The position numbers and the translations under genes were made by a program. 64,000 nucleotides of DNA, from contig NC_134468.1 in assembly GCF_964194025.1 (NCBI RefSeq), positions 23,064,001 to 23,128,000 on the forward strand, in the 5' to 3' direction. Each line of letters begins with the position of its first letter. Positions within the stretch are counted from its first letter, which is position 1. The notes under the pieces are model-generated. The model was not told where the DNA came from. It did no database searches and saw only the letters and a program-made list of their open reading frames with translations. This document shows, piece by piece, positions 21,505-34,440 of this stretch. Source of the stretch: Convolutriloba macropyga. Taxonomy: Eukaryota.

Positions 21505-24500
21505 TTTTTTTCTCTTTCTTTTGTCTTTTGCTGTATCTTTTCTCTTTCGTTTTTCTTTTTCTTTCGGTATCTCTTTTCTCTTTCGCTCTTTTTTCTCCCT
21601 CTCTCTCGTTTTCCTTTCTTTCTTTTCTGTGCTCCTTTTCTGTCTTTTCTCTCTTTTGTCTTTTTCTTTTCCATCTTTCTTTTCTCTATTTCTCTCTTTG
21701 TTTTCTGTTCTTTTTATCTGTCTTTCTTCTTCTCATTCTTTTTCTCTATGTTCCTGTTCCGCTTGTTTTTAGTTTCTCGTATCTTTGTCCTTTCTGCTCT
21801 TCTATTTTGCTTTTCTCACTCTTTTCAGTCGTTTGTTTCTCTGTTGCTTTTTTTTCTGTCTTTCTTTTCTCTCTTGCTTCTCTTTTGTTTTTCTTTTCTG
21901 TATTTTTCTCTCTTGTTTGTTTCTTTTCTCTATCTATTCCCTTTTTTTCTGTTTTATTTTGTCTGTCCGTTCTCTTTCATTTGTATCTTTCCTTTATCTC
22001 TTTCTTTTCTCTTGTTTTTCTGTATTTCCTGTCTGTCTTTTCGTTTGTCTTTCGTCTTTTCTCTATTTCGTTTCTCTGTCTTTTCTCTCTTTTCCAGTCT
22101 TTTTTCTCTTTCTTTTGTCTGTTTCTCTTCTTTTTCTTATTCTTTTTTCTCTTTGTCCCTCTCCCGCTTCTCTTTATTTGCTCGCATCTTTTTTCCTTTC
22201 TGTTTTTCTTTTTTGCTTTTCTCTTTTCTTTCTGTCGTGCTTTTTTCCGTCTTTCCTCTCTTGCTTTTTTCTTTCGTTTTTCTTGTTCTTTCTGTGCTTC
22301 TTCTTTCGCTCTTTCTTTTCTCTCCGTCTCTTTGGCTTTTCATTCTTTCTTTTCTGTATTCCTTTTCTGTCTTTTCTCTCTTTTGTCTTTTTTACTATCT
22401 TTCTTTTCTCTCTTTCTCTCTCTCTCTCTATCTTTCTTTTCTGTTTTTTATCTGTCTTTCTTTTTCTGATTCTTTTTTCTTTTTGTTCCTCTTCCGCTTC
22501 CCTTTAGTTTCTCGCATCTTTTTTCCTATGTTTTTCTTCTCTGTTGCTTTTCTCCCTTTCTGTCGTTCCTTTCTCTGTTTTTTTTTCTGTCTTTCTTTTC
22601 TCGCTTGCTTTTCTCTTTCTTTTCTGTCTTTTTCTCCCCTCTGTTTCTTTCTTATCTTTCTATTTGTTTTTTTTTGTTTTCGTCTGTCTGTCTATTCTCT
22701 TCTTTCGATTATCTCTTTCTTTTCTTCTTCTTTTCTGTTTTTTCTGTCTGTCTTTTTTGTCGTTCTTTTCCCTTTCTTTTGTTTTTTCTCTTCCGTCTTT
22801 CTTTTTTCGCTTTCTTTTCTGACTTTCGTTCCTGTCTTTCTTTTCTCCCTTCTGTTCCTTTCTTTTCTTTTTCTATTCGCTTTTCTTTTTTCTTCTGTCT
22901 GTCTGTTCTCTTCTTTCTTTTCTCTTTTTCGTTCATCTCTTGCTTTCCTCTCACTTTTTTGTTTTTCCTGTCTGTCTTTTCTGTCTTTGGTTTGTCTTTC
23001 TTTCTTCCTCCTCTTTGTTTCTGTTCTTCTTTTCTGGTCTTCTTTTTCTTTTCTCTTTTTCTTTTTCTTTCCTGTCTTTTCGTTTGTTTTTGTCTTTCGT
23101 TTCTTTGTCTTTTCTTTCTTGTTCAGACTTTTTTCTCCTTCTTTTGTCTATTTTTTCTCATTCTTTTTTCTCTTTGTTCCTCCTCCGCTTCTCTTTAGTT
23201 TCTCGTATCTTTGCCTCTCTATTTTCTCTTTTTCTTTTCTCCTTTTCTGTCGTTCCTTTTTTTCTTTCGCCCCTTTTTTTGTTTTTCTTTTCTCTCTTGC
23301 TTTTCTATTTCTTTTCTGTCTTTTTCTCCCTTCTGTTTCGTTCTTTTCTCTTTCTATTCGTTTTTGTTCTGTTTTTTCTGTCTATTCTCTTCTCTCTTTC
23401 CTTTCTTTCGATTATCTCTTGCTTTTCTCTATAACTTTTTTTTCTCTTTTCTGTTTTTCCCGTCTGTCGTTTTTGTCTTCTTTTTTTTCGTTCGTCTGCC
23501 TTTCCTGTCTTTCGTTTGTCTTTCTTTATTCTCTTTCCTCTTTTTTTCTGTCCTTCTTTTCTGCCTTTTTTTCGTTTCTTTCTTTTCTCTCTTGCTTTTC
23601 TCTTTTTTTTCTCTCTTTCTTTTCTGTCTTTAGTCTTATTTTTCTGTTCTTCTTTTCTGCTTTTTTTCTCTACCGTTTTTTCTTTTCTCTCTTTTCATTT
23701 CTGTCTGTTCTTTCTTTCGTTTCCGATTTTTCTTTCTTTTATCTGTCTTTTTTCTTTTTTTTTCTATTGTCCCTTTCTTTTCTGTTTTTCTTTTTTCTTT
23801 CAATTTTTTCTCCTTCTTTTCTCTGCCTTTTTTCTCCTCCTGTTCTCTTTCGCGTTTCTTTTGGTTTTTTTTCTGTATATCTTTTCTTTCTTTCCTTCTT
23901 TCTTTTTTCTGTATCTTTTCTATCTTTCGCTCTCCCCCTTTCTCTTTAATTTTTATTTCTGTCTTCTCTTGTTTGTCTTTTTCTTTTCCGTTTTTCTTTC
24001 TTTTCGGTTCTTTTTTCTGTCTTTCTTTTTCTCATTATTTTTTCTCTTTCGTTCTTTTTTTAACTACTCTTTAGTTTCTCATTTCTTTTTCCCCTCTTTT
24101 CGTTGCTTTTTTCTCTTTTGTCATTCTTTTGTCGCTTCTTTTTCTTTCTTTTCTCCTTCGATTCTTTTTTTTCCAGTTTTCTTCTGTCTGTCTTTTCTCT
24201 TCTATCTTTTCTCTTTCGTTTATCTCTTGCTTTTCTGTCTTGCTTCTCTCTTTTCAGTATTTCCTGTCTGTCTTTCTTTTGTCTTTGTTTTGTCTTTTTC
24301 TTTTCTGTCATTCTTTTTTCACTTTCTTTTCTCTTCAATTTTCTGCTTTTATGATCTCTTTTGCCGTCTTTTGTTCTTCGCTCTCGTTTCTCTCTTCAGT
24401 TTCTCGCTCTGTCTCATTTTTCTCCCTTCTCTTTCGCTTCTCTCTTTCTTTTGTTTTTCGTTTCTTTCTTTCTTTTTCTCTCTCTTTTTTTCTGTCCTTC

Positions 24501-27500
24501 CTTTCTGCTTTTCCTTTTTTCGTTTCTTTCTTTTCTCTCTTGCTTTTGTCTTTCTTTTCCGTCTTTCGTCTCTTTTTTGTTCTCTTTTTTCTCCTTTTCT
24601 GCCCTTCTTTTATCTCTCTTTTTTTCTCACTCTCACATCTCTTTTTCTATTTTTTGTGCCTTCTGCTTTTTCTTTCCTCGCTTTCTTTTCTCTACTTTTT
24701 TCTGCCTTTTTCATTCTTTTTGCCCTCTTTTGTTCTTCTCTCTCGGTTCTCGCTTCAGATTTTTGTTCTTCCTCATTTTTTTCTCTTCTCTCGACTGTCT
24801 TTTTCTTTTCTGTCTTTCGTTGCTGTCGTTTTTTTGCTTTCTCTTTTTTCCTGTCCTTTTATGCCTTTCTTTTCTTTCGTTTCTTTCTTTTCTCTTGCTT
24901 TTCTCTCATTTTGGCTTTTCTTTTTTTACTGTCTTTTGTCTCTTTTCTCTGTTCTCTTTTTTCTTCTGCCTTTCTTTTACCTGTTTCTTCTTTTCTTCTC
25001 GCTTTCATTTTAGTTTTTTTTCTGCCTTTCTTCTGCTTTTTTTTCTTGGTTTTCTCTGATTTATCTTTCATTTTTCTCTTTTCTCCAAATTGTTTCTTTT
25101 TCTCTTTCGTTTCTGTCCTTTTTCTCCATTTGTATCTTGCTTTTCTCTTCGTTTTCTCCTTTTCTGATTTGCTGTTCTCGCTTTGTTTTCTCTACCTTCT
25201 TTGTACTTTTTAGTTTCTGTCTCCTCTCCTTTCTGTTCTTTTTCTGTCTTTTTCCTCTCCTCTCTTTTTCCTTTCTCGTTCTTTTCTGTCTCTCTTCTCT
25301 TTCGCATCTTTGTTTCTTTGCTTTTTCTTTTCTGTCTTTCTCTTGATCTCTTTCTTTTCTCTTCTATTCTTTTCTCTTTTGTTTCTTTTCTCTTTTGTTT
25401 CTTCTCTTTTCTGTTCTTCTTTCTGCCTTTCTTCTCTCTTTTGTTTCTTTTCTCTTTTCTTTTCTTCTTTCTGCCTTTCTTCTCTCTTTTGTTTCTTTGT
25501 TTTTTTTTCTTCTATTTTTTTGTTTCTTTTTTTCGCCTTTCTTTCTAATCCTTCTCTCTCTTGTTATTCTTTTTCGTTTTTCTTTCTCTTGCTTTTCTGT
25601 TTCTGTTCTGAGTTTCTTCTGCCTTTTCTTTCTTTTCTTTCTCCATATTTCTCTTCTGTCTCTTTTCTCTGTATCGTTTCGTTTTATCTTTTTTTTCTGT
25701 CTTTTCTCTCTACCTTGCTCTCATGCTTTTCTCTCATTCCTGTCTTTTCTATCTTACTTTTCTTTCTTTCCTGTCTTTGGTCTCTTTTTCGGTTCTCTTT
25801 TTTCTCTTCTGCCTTTTATAGCCTTCTTTTTTTCTCGCTCTCATTCCTGTTTTTCTGCCTTTCTTCTGCTTTTCAATTTTCTTGCTTTTCTCTTCGTTCC
25901 CTATTTTTCGTTTCAGTTTCTTTTTCTTGTATTTTTTCTTTTTCTCTTTCTTTTGTCTTTTTCTACTCCATTTGTATCTTGCTTTTCTCTTTTCTTCTTT
26001 TCTTCTATTCTGATTTTCTTTTCTTGCTTTGTTTTCTCTCCTTATCTTCTTTGTATTTTTTTCAGTTTCTGTGATCTCTCTTGTCTGTTTTATTCTGTCT
26101 TTTCTCTCTCCTCCCTCTCGTTCCTTTCTTTTTCTTTTCTGTCTCTCTACTCTTTTGCTTCTTTCTTTCTGTTCGCTTTTTTTCTCTTTTTCTCTTTCTT
26201 TTCTGTCTTTATCTCTTTCTTGTCTCTTCTTTTCTTTTTTCTTGTGTTTCTTTTCTCTTTTCTGTTCTTTTTTCTGCCTTTCTTTTGTTACTTTGTTTTT
26301 TTCTTTTTCTTTTCTTTTTTATATTCGTTTCTTTCTTTCTAATCCTTCTCTCTTTTGTTCTTCTTTCGTTTTTTTTCTTTCCGCTTTCCTTTCCATATTT
26401 TCTTTCTCTTGCTTTTTTCTTTCTGTTCTGAGTTTCTTCTGCCTTTTCTTTTTTTTCTCTTTCTTCTTTCTCTATCTTTCTTTTTTTGTCTCTTTTCTCT
26501 GCATCGTTTCTTTTTCTGTCTTTTCTTTGTGCCTTTCTCTCTTGCTTTTCATTTTCTTCTTTCTCTATTCTCTTCTTTTCGGATTTGCTTTTCTCGCTTT
26601 CTTTACTTTTTATCTTTATTTTCTTTGGTTTGGCTACCTATCTATATTTTCTGTCCTTTTCTCTTCTTTTCGCTTTCTTTTCTCTTTCGCTTTCGTCTAT
26701 TTTTTCAATCTTCTTTGCTCTTTCTTTACTGTCTTGCTTTTTTCTCTTGTTTTTCTCTCTCTTGTCTTTTGTTTCTGTATTTCTTTGCTCTTCCCTCTTT
26801 ATTTTGCGTTCTTTTGGCCTTTGCCTTTCTGCCTTTCTTCTCTTTTGTTTGTTTACTTTCTCCTTTTTTCACCTTCTTTTCTCTGTTTTTCTGTTCTTTT
26901 CGTTTTTTAACTTCTTCTCACATTCTTCTCTTTCGTTCCTCTTTTAGGTTTTTTCTTTAGTTTGATATTTTTTCTTTCCTTCTTTTTTCTTTATCTCTTG
27001 TTTTTCTCCTTCTTGTCAGCCCTTCTTCTTCGTTTTCTCTTTTTCTTTTCTGTCTTGCTTTTCACTTTTTTTGTCCTCCGTTTCCGTCCTTCTTTTCTTT
27101 TCTTGTTTTTTAAGCCTTTCTTTTTTCTATTATTTCCTTCTTTTCTCCAGCTTCTTTTGTACTTTTCTTTTTCTTTTGTTTCTTTCATTTCTCACCTGCT
27201 TTTCTCTTTTCTTTTCTTTTCTGAATTGATTTTCGCTTTCATTTTTCCGTTTTATTTTCTTTTGTCTGTCTTCTCTTTTCTGTCTTATTTCTTTCCTTTT
27301 CTCTCTTTCCTTTCGGTCTTTTTTTTCAGTCTCTTTTCTATTTCGTTTTTCTCCTTCCGTTCGCTTCCTTTTCTCTTTTTCCTTTTTATCTCTTGCTTTT
27401 CTTTTTCTTTTCGTCTTTCTCTCACTTGCTTTTCTCTTTCTTCGCTTTTCTCCCTTGTGTCTTTTGTTTCTGTCTTCTCTTTTGCCCTCTCTCTTTTCTG

Positions 27501-28437
27501 CTCTTTTCTCTTCCTTACTTTTCTCTTTCGTTTCTTTTCTCTTTTTTCTATTCTTTTTTCTGCCTTTCTCTTCTTTTTCTCATTTTTTTCATTCCTTTCT
27601 TTTTTTCTCTTCTGTTCTTTTTTTGCCTTTTTCTCATTCTTCTCTCTTTTGTTTTTCTTTCTTCGGTTCCTCTCTTTCCTTTTTTTCTTTAGGTTTTTGT
27701 TCTTTTCTCTTTCCTTTTCTCTTGCGTTTCTTCTTCTTTTCTGCCTTTCTTTTATCCCTGTTTTCTGTCTTGCTTTTCTCTCTGTCGTTTTGGTCTCTCC
27801 TGTCTCTCTCTTTCTTTCCTTTTTTTCTTTTCTCCTTTTCTGCTTCTGTTGTTTCTTTTCTCTTTTCGTTTCTCTTCTTTTTCTGCCTTCCTTTTTCTTT
27901 CTTCTTTTTCGTTTCTTTCTCTTTTTTTCTGTATCGTTTCTTTTCTATTTTTTCCTGTCCATTTTCTCTCCTTTTTTCTCTTTCTTCTTTTCTTTGCTTT
28001 TCTCTTCTTTTCTTTTTTGGTTTTCTCTGTGTCTTTTCTCTTTGTTTTCCTTTATTTCTCTTTTCTGTTCATTTTCTGCATTTCTTTTTGTCTGTCTTCT
28101 CTCCTTTTCTCTCGCTTTTCTCTATTTTCTCTTTTGCTTTTCTATTTTTTTTGCTTTTCTCTTCTTTCATTTATGTCTTTCGTTTCTCGATTTTTTCTCT
28201 TTCTTTTCTCTTTTTCTTTTGTCTTGGTTTTTTTTGTTTGTTTTTCTCTTTTCCCATTTTCATTTGTCTTTTTTGTGTTTCGTTTTTCTGTCTTTTCTCT
28301 TCTGTTCTGTTTTTTTTTTCTATTTTCTCTCCTTCTCTCTTTTGTTTATCTCTTTCCTTTTCTTTTTTCTTTGTTTATTTTCTCTCTTTTCTCTGTCTTT
28401 TCTCTTTCGTTTCTTTCTTCTCTCTTTTCTCTTTCGT
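21505..28437 (+). repeat. ~7 kb low-complexity polypyrimidine (T/C) tract
   Basis: Plus strand is overwhelmingly T/C with mostly isolated purines and sharp boundaries. It contains degenerate internal segmental repeats. Confidence 0.95.
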
Positions 28438-29719
28438 ATGTTTAAGCTCCGTTTCATCGCATGTTACAAACGCTCCTTATACATGCAGACTAACCTAGAA
28501 CATGAGTTACACTATGCCATATGTAGAATATAGTTATCTCTACAAGTCTGAGCGCTCCTTAAATATGCAAATTGGTAAAGCTGAAAAATAAAATGGTAAA
28601 GCAGAAAACGTGGTTGAACAAAAAATTGTTGGCACATAGGGTGATATACTCAAACCAAACACATCGGTGACGAAACTTAATACCTATTGCTTTTGAACGA
28701 GGGGAATAGGTTCCACCCCAAGGTGGTGCAAAAAAATCCGATTCTTAACCTTCTATCTTTTCTTTTAAATGATTCTCTTGTGATGCTTTTGCGGGCCTGC
28801 TAGTATTAATGAAAGCAGAACTATAATAGCGATTGCTTCACATTTTTAGTTAACTGAGTTAAAGAGCAGCCTTTAAGCATAATTAAACCTAAAACGTCAG
28901 TATGGAGTAATCAATATAAACTCTGAAAAAAAGTTTTTTCCTTTTTTCCTCAAAAATCTTGATTTTCAGTTGTTCGTTTCCAAGTATCCAATAATTACTC
29001 AGCTGAAAAAATTATCAATAAAAAATTTTATTAAATAAACGCTGAGATGGAATTGGATTTAGCCTCGATGACTGCAAAATTTGGCAAGATTTTACTTTTC
29101 ATAAATGTTTTTGTCTGTTCAATCTCGTAAATCGCAGAATTTATAATAATTTTCAAATGCTGCTTCCCTTCAACAAAAAATTCTACAAAAAGTATCTGCT
29201 TTTTAATTCAGTTTAAAGTAAATGAAACCGCATAAAACACCAAGGTTATATGTCTTTTTAATAGTTCAAAGAAAAAAGTGAATAATTTTTTTTTAACGTA
29301 TTTTGTTCAAGCTGTTCACACTTTCTCGGTTTTCACGTTTTATGACTTTTTCCTGTTTTGGCTACATCGGAAACCAGCTGAACTGCAAATAAACTTTTCA
29401 AAAAGTTTGTCTTTTGAATACTCCTTTTGTATAATGTTATAATGATTTTTTTTGTTTTTAAACAAATTTGTATAAGACTATATATATTTTTTTCAATATG
29501 ATTTATATAAAATTTCACGTCTAATGGCCTGGACGTCAATTTTGAGGTGTGTTTAAGTTGTCCGTCTACATTTTTCACCTCTTCAAATAGGTTTTGATTT
29601 TCTTCATTTGTGAGCTCTCGATTTCCATTGGCTAATTTAATACTTAATTCTTTTCGATTGGTGCAAAGACGCCATAAATTGTGCACAATAGAAATACGTC
29701 CAGAAATGGTGCTAGGAAA

Positions 29720-30097
29720 ATTGGCCGACCGGGCGTATAGCCGACAAGGAATAAATGAGAATTTTAGCCGACAGTTTTATCATAATTGGTAATAAAAGTC
29801 TCATTGGTCCATAAATCAGTTGTTCGGTTGTGATAGATTCATATCAAGTCCCACGGGCCGCTGAGGCATGGCCATGGCCTGCGAGGCATGGCCAGATGCG
29901 GTTGAAAATACGGTCCGACCACGGATAGACCTTCGTTACACTCGTTGATGAAAACACTGCGGTATATTCGCCCGCTTACGAAATAGTGTTTTAAATTGGC
30001 CAATCACAGCTTCAGAATAAGCTTTATTGCTCATTTCTTAAATTGTCGGTTAAATTTCTCATTTTTTGGTTGTCGGCTAAACGCCCTGTCGGCCAAT
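29720..30097. mobile_element. MITE with ~55-bp imperfect TIRs
   Basis: attggccgaccgggcgtatagccgacaa...agccgaca on the left; tgtcggtt...ttgtcggctaaacgccctgtcggccaat on the right. Confidence 0.65.
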
Positions 30098-30855
30098 ACG
30101 GCAACCACCCCCAGAAATACAGTGATTCAGTACTGACTTACAATGGTATTGGAAACTTTCCCTTTGGCTGTTATCCACCCCGGGCCGAGGTGTCAACGCT
30201 AAAAAACGCAAAGTTATGTAAGATTTGCGTTGAATGCGTTGAATTTATGTAAGATCTACGCTTGATCGTAGATCTTACATAAATTCAACGCATTCAACGG
30301 AAATCTTACATAATTTTGCGTTGAATTTTGGCGTAGATCTTACATAATTAGCGTTGAATTTTAGCGTAGATCTTATATATTTAGCGTTGAATTTAGCGTA
30401 GATCTTACATAAATTCAACGCATTCAACGCCAATCTTACATAATTTTGCGTTGAATTTTGGCGTAGATCTTACATATTTAGCGTTGAATTTTAGCGTAGA
30501 TCTTACATATTTAGCGTTGAATTTAGCGTTGATCTTACATAAATTCAACGCATTCAACGCCAATCTTACATATTTTTGCGTTGAATTTTGGCGTAGATCC
30601 TACATATTTAGCGTTGAATTTTAGTGTAGATGTTACATAAATTCAACGCATTCAACGCCAATCTTACATATTTTGCGTTGAAATTTGGCGTAGATCTTAC
30701 ATATTTAGCGTTGAATTTTAGCGTAGACCTTACATTTTTAGCGTTGTATTTAACGTAGATCTTACATAAATTCAACGCTCTCAACACCAATCTTACATAT
30801 TTTGCGTAGAATTTTGGCTTAGATCTTACAAATTTAAGGTTGAATTTTTTGAATT

Positions 30856-31640
30856 CCATTTCAGACCACTTTATGATTCCAAAAATTTTTCAAGTTTTCT
30901 TTCCAAAAAGTCAATTTTTTCACTGTTTTGACCCCGATACTTCACAGGTGAGAAAAGCGAAGTCAGCAAAAAAACCACTCTTTAGTGCTCTTTTATAGTT
31001 CAAAATCCAATTGAGAACATTTCACGACTTCAGAACTTTTCCAGGTTTTTTTTCGAAAAATCATTTTCACTGTTTCGACCCCTATGCTGCAAAGGTGAGA
31101 AACGTGAAATCAGAGAAAAATCATTTTTAGGGCTCTTTTATAGTGCAAAATCCAATTGAGAGTTCCAAAAAGTTAATTTTTCAAAAAGTTAATTTTTTTA
31201 ACTGTTTCGACCCTATACTGCACAGGTGAGAAAAATCACTTTTTAGTGCTCTTTTATAGTGCAAAATCTGTTTCAGACCATTTTACGATTTAAAAACTTT
31301 TTCAAGTTTTTTTTCGAAAAATTAATTTTTTCAATATTTCGAAACCGATACTCCAAAGGTGAGTAACCAGAAGTCAGAAAAAATCTTTTTAAGTGCTCTT
31401 TTAAAGTGCAAAATCCAATTCAGACCATTTGAAGATTTCAAATTTTTCAAGTTTTTTTTCGAAAAATTAATTTTTTTACTGTTTCGACCCCTATACTGCA
31501 CAATTGAGAAAAATGAAGTCAGCAAAAAATAACCATTTGCTCTCTTACGGTGCAAAAACCATTTCAGACCATTTTGGGAATTCAAATTTTTTTCAAAACT
31601 TAAAAAAAAATTAAATTTTTCCCAGTACTTCTCACATGAT
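30856..31640 (+). repeat. ~5 degenerate copies of a ~140-bp unit homologous to the Polinton terminal repeat
   Basis: tttcgacccctatactgcacaggtgagaaaa...agtgctcttttatagtgcaaaatc...ttcagaccatttt matches 5563-5665. Confidence 0.8.
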
Positions 31641-31871
31641 AAATGCGTTGAATACGTTGAAATTATGTAAGATCTCGGCTAAATACAACAAAAAATATGT
31701 AAGATCTAGGCTAAATTCAACGAAATATATGCAAGTTCTACGCTAAATTCAATGCAAAATACGTAAGGTCTACGCTAAAATCAACGCAAAATATGTAAGA
31801 TCTACGCTAAATTCAACGCAAAATATGTAAGATCTACGCTTTATAAGGATTGCGGCTCTTAAGGAAACCAA

Positions 31872-31945
31872 GGTACGGTGGCGCAAAGGTAGAAGAGGCG
31901 ACAAGTAAACAGGAGCGCAGTGGTTCGAGTCCCATACCCGTTGAT
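31872..31945 (+). mobile_element. tRNA-derived SINE fragment inside the CCC element
   Basis: A box tggcgcaaagg and B box ggttcgagtccc, followed by a T-run. Confidence 0.5.
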
Positions 31946-32812
31946 TTTTTGTCAGATCAACGCTAAATTCAACGCAAAAATATGTAAGATCTACGCTAAA
32001 TTCAACGCTAATTATGTAAGATCTACGCTAAATTCAACGCTAAATATGTAAGATCAGCGGCAACTAGCGTTGACAAGTTGGAAAATTCACCGCCATTTCT
32101 TACATAATTTTGCGCTAAATGCGTTGAATTTTTGTCTTTAAATTCAACGCATTCAACGCAAAATTATGTAAGAAAATTGCGGTGAATTTTCCGACTTGTC
32201 AACGCTAGTTGCCGCTGATCTTACAAATTTTTGGCCAAATTCCTCGGCCCGGGACGCTGTATTTTATTCATGTTCTTGGGATATCTGATAAACATTGTTT
32301 GAAAAAGAATCTAGAGGGCTCATTTGATCCAAAATCGAGATTATTACTCTAATACAACGTCTATAATGATCGTCTGGTTTGAAAGTAACCAGAGTCAAAG
32401 CAAATGAAGGAAAATAACCATAACACTGTTTAATTGTCAAATGATCAGCATATTAATTTAGTTCTATTTCATAGCAAATATTACGAAAGCTCTAACTGTA
32501 AACAATAATGCTTACTCGTGTTTTTAATAAGCAAAACACAAATATGCATTGAAACCGTTCTTACGAGAACATTTGATTTTACCAAATGATTTTCGCCAAA
32601 CGATCGCATAAAGTTCCACAACATTTGATATCTACTTTTGAAAGTCCTCTTCGAACGCATCTGTAGCAAATACAACAAATTTTGTATTTTTTCTTGGCTT
32701 ATTTTTAGACAAAACTGTCCAGCAACTTGGTAACGTGATCAACTTTATTATTTATAATCATAAATAAAGTATAACTTTGTAGGAGTTGATTCTCATTTAA
32801 TTTCGATTGGCA

Positions 32813-33073
32813 ATGAGTGACAATAAATTTCTGTACCATATCAAACTTCGCCCTACGAGGGGAGGAGCGAGGTTTAAAAAAGCAGCCCTCACAGCAGATC
32901 AGATAGAAATGAAGACGCTTGCTGAGGAGTCCTGGGAGGATGATGAGGAAGAAACCACCGGCGCAACTCCTGTCCTGGAGAGGTCTAAGTCAGCACCCGT
33001 TCAGTCTTCATCTTCATACGCTATCCTACAACAGTCCACTAAAGTCAAGGGAGTGAAACGAGCCAAGGCGAAG
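32813..33073 (+). CDS. Probable first coding exon of an unidentified host gene
   Basis: GC-richer 87-codon open frame (MSDNKFLYHIKLRPTRGG...KRAKAK), with an upstream acceptor tttgtag and a donor AAG|gtgaga. Downstream exons were not identified. Confidence 0.55.
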
Positions 33074-34440
33074 GTGAGATTATCGATTGTTACTGAGGTA
33101 GAGGTATTAACTCATATTCGGCAAACAATGCCCATTTGAAGGCCCATTTTGAAGATTTTCTTACAATTCTAATCAACACAGGCTGTGCAAGCTGACGAGT
33201 TACTAGACCATGCACCAAATAGCGGGAAAGCTGCACATTGAGTCCCCCTTTGCACATAACTTCTAATTTGTTTTACATTCTTAATGAATTAACAAAATAT
33301 TTATATATAAAACCCATGGTTTTTATTGAAAAAATAATAAATGATTCTGTTCATAGAATCACCCAACATAGGTTCATCTCGCAATGCGACCCACATAGGT
33401 AAGATATAAGTGAGGCCGCAGATTGACCCACGCAAAAACCCACTATTCATTAATTTGGGCCAATGAAGCCATACAAAATAGTTTACAACATATGAGTATT
33501 AAAACAATCACAGTCGAGTATTAGTGATGAAAAAAATTGTCCCCCTTCATTGCGTGACACAATAATTTCTGTTCTCTTTTCCAACCGGGAGACAGCAATT
33601 GCTCAGAAATTGTGAACTCTTATACATCGTCGGTAGTCAAGCGAGATTATCATTATCATATTGCACAATTATATGGTCGCACAATTATAATATTGTCGCT
33701 GCCACACCTAAGCTCTACTAACAATGATTGAAACAAAAGTTTCATTGCGAAACTTGAACCTTCTGATATCGCCTCTGCGAAAATTATAAAGAGAATTAGA
33801 AACAGAAACCATAGAAAAAAATGGGACGGAATTTAAAATTTTATATATGAAGTTTGTAAAGCTCAAGCTGTAAAATTGGGAATTAAGCACTATAACCACC
33901 AGTAACTACTTTTTCTTCAAGCAAAAATGTAGTGGGTAACTCTTTTTCACGGCATTATGTGCTCTCGACTAGAAAGAGTGCTTGGTTGCCTCTGCTTCCA
34001 GGGATCCCTGCAACTACAAAAACTTCTATCTTATTTCAATTGCGCTGGTTTATACATCAGTCTGCTCTCAGTCTAATACTGCAGATGGGTTGCTTGTTGT
34101 ACGATGGTGGACGTTTGTTTTTATTTCCAAAAAGTTTTTCATATCAAAGATTTTTTCCCAATTGGTTAATTTCCATGATCATTGTGTTAGTTTGTGAGTC
34201 TTTTCCTTCTGCTAATCTTGTATGTAATTTGTGGATTTCAGAGAGTTTTTCAATGTTCCTCTGTGCATCAACTCTGAGCTTCAATAAACTGATTTTTCAT
34301 ACGCTTAGTTAGGTTGAAAGCTTTTTTGTGGCAGAATTGTATCACGACAATTGTCACACTTTCAACTCATAGAAAACGTGCAAGGCAGGACTAAACTGTC
34401 GATTTATTTTTTTCTTTGCTTTGCAAATAAAATGCAAACA

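Larger units (their letters stand above)
30179..32253. mobile_element. Non-autonomous CMC/EnSpm(CACTA)-like element with CCC termini
   Basis: 12-bp TIR cccgggccgagg / cctcggcccggg with 2-bp TSD (ac). 32-33-bp subterminal arrays in opposite orientation on the two arms, and a long hairpin near each end. Confidence 0.78.

Noticed and set aside
21496-28533. Long F/L/S-rich ORFs (up to 817 aa) and short K/R/E-rich antisense ORFs
   Set aside because: Stop codons need two adjacent purines, which this strand lacks. ORFs occur in all three frames, so they are a compositional artefact.
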